DNA of 24,000 nt from Geobacter sp. (GTDB lineage: Bacteria; Desulfobacterota; Desulfuromonadia; Geobacterales; Geobacteraceae): assembly GCA_027356255.1 (NCBI GenBank), contig DAIEGL010000177.1:17405-41404 (forward strand), in the 5' to 3' direction. The translations under genes and the position numbers were made by a program. Shown here piece after piece: positions 23,320-24,000 of this stretch. Within the stretch, counting starts at the first letter, position 1. Each line of letters begins with the position of its first letter. The notes below the pieces were generated by a model. That model made no database searches and was not told the origin of the DNA. It saw only the letters and a program-made list of their open reading frames with translations.

Positions 23320-24000
23320 TTATTTCTCCGAGTTTTCGTAGGACATGGCGGCCATCTTCTCGTAGAGTTCAAAACGGCGGGTGGTCCAGCTTGTCGCCTG
23401 CTTCATCAGGGCGGCTGCGGCATCCGGGTTGTTCTTCTTCAGAACACGGTAACGGTTTTCACCATAGGCGTATTCCTCGAAAGACATGGTCGGCGCTTTG
23501 CTGTCGAGCTGGAGCGGGTTTTTCCCTTGGGCTGCCAGTTCGGGATTGTAACGGATGAGTGGCCAGTGACCGGAGGCGACCGCGTTTTTCTGCTCGTCGA
23601 CGGCTGTGGTCATGTTGATGCCGTGGGCGATGCAGTGGGCATAGGCGATGATGAGCGACGGTCCGTTATACGCTTCTGCTTCGATGAACGCCTTTACCGC
23701 CTGGGCAGGGTTGCTCAGCGAAACCTTTGCCACATAGACATTACCGTAAGCCATGGCGATCATTCCCAGGTCCTTCTTCGGCATTCCCTTGCCGCCTGCG
23801 GCGAACTGGGCAACGGCGCCGAGCGGGGTGGATTTGGATGCCTGGCCGCCGGTGTTGGAATAAACTTCCGTATCGAGCACCAGCAGGTTGACGTTCTTGC
23901 CGGAGGCTATGACGTGGTCAAGACCGCCGTAGCCGATGTCATAGGCCCAGCCGTCGCCACCGACGATCCAGACCGATTTCTTGACCAGGTAGTCCGCCAG
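23320..24000 (-). CDS. nifJ: pyruvate:ferredoxin (flavodoxin) oxidoreductase, C-terminal TPP-binding part (5' end beyond window)
   Basis: The reading frame is open to the window edge. The product LADYLVKKSVWIVGGDGWAYDIGYGGLDHVIASGKNVNLLVLDTEVYSNTGGQASKSTP... shows the GDG-x-AYDIG TPP motif and the typical PFOR C-terminus. Confidence 0.85.
   Translation of the reverse strand: MADYLVKKSVWIVGGDGWAYDIGYGGLDHVIASGKNVNLLVLDTEVYSNTGGQASKSTPLGAVAQFAAGGKGMPKKDLGMIAMAYGNVYVAKVSLSNPAQAVKAFIEAEAYNGPSLIIAYAHCIAHGINMTTAVDEQKNAVASGHWPLIRYNPELAAQGKNPLQLDSKAPTMSFEEYAYGENRYRVLKKNNPDAAAALMKQATSWTTRRFELYEKMAAMSYENSEK

Overview
GC-rich chromosomal window. The gene content (mglA/mglB, single-polypeptide pyruvate:ferredoxin oxidoreductase, RecQ, OmpA-type protein) suggests a Geobacter/Desulfuromonadales-like host; this is inference only. 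Layout: (1) 1-3.3 kb holds recQ (partial), a small membrane protein, and an MFS transporter abutting a PlsC-type acyltransferase. (2) 3.3-11.1 kb is an accessory-looking redox block: an IS3 OrfA relic, a flavodoxin-like reductase, a TetR / Old-Yellow-Enzyme / shikimate-DH-like operon, an operon of three exported enzymes (Tat-DUF362, CMD, MBL hydrolase), and a damaged GNAT gene. (3) 11.2-18.5 kb is a visibly AT-richer integrative island at the 3' end of tRNA-Asn(GTT). (4) 18.5-24 kb is core genome: M20 peptidase + GNAT, a two-domain OmpA protein, mglA-mglB, and the PFOR 3' end. The island is the interesting part. It carries an intact large serine recombinase whose ORF terminates inside the tRNA gene, the C-terminal relic of a second serine recombinase reading into a degenerate copy of the tRNA 3' end, and a short non-IntI tyrosine recombinase. 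It also has about 1.4 kb without convincing genes that contains long hairpins and a perfect 36-bp palindrome. Most notably, it holds three co-oriented units of small unknown ORFs, each ending in a 56-61 bp folded repeat with integron attC architecture. The end boxes of these repeats are circularly permuted the way true gene cassettes are. No CRISPR array, rRNA gene or recognisable defence gene was seen. Many long ORFs in the supplied track are antisense shadows of GC-rich genes.
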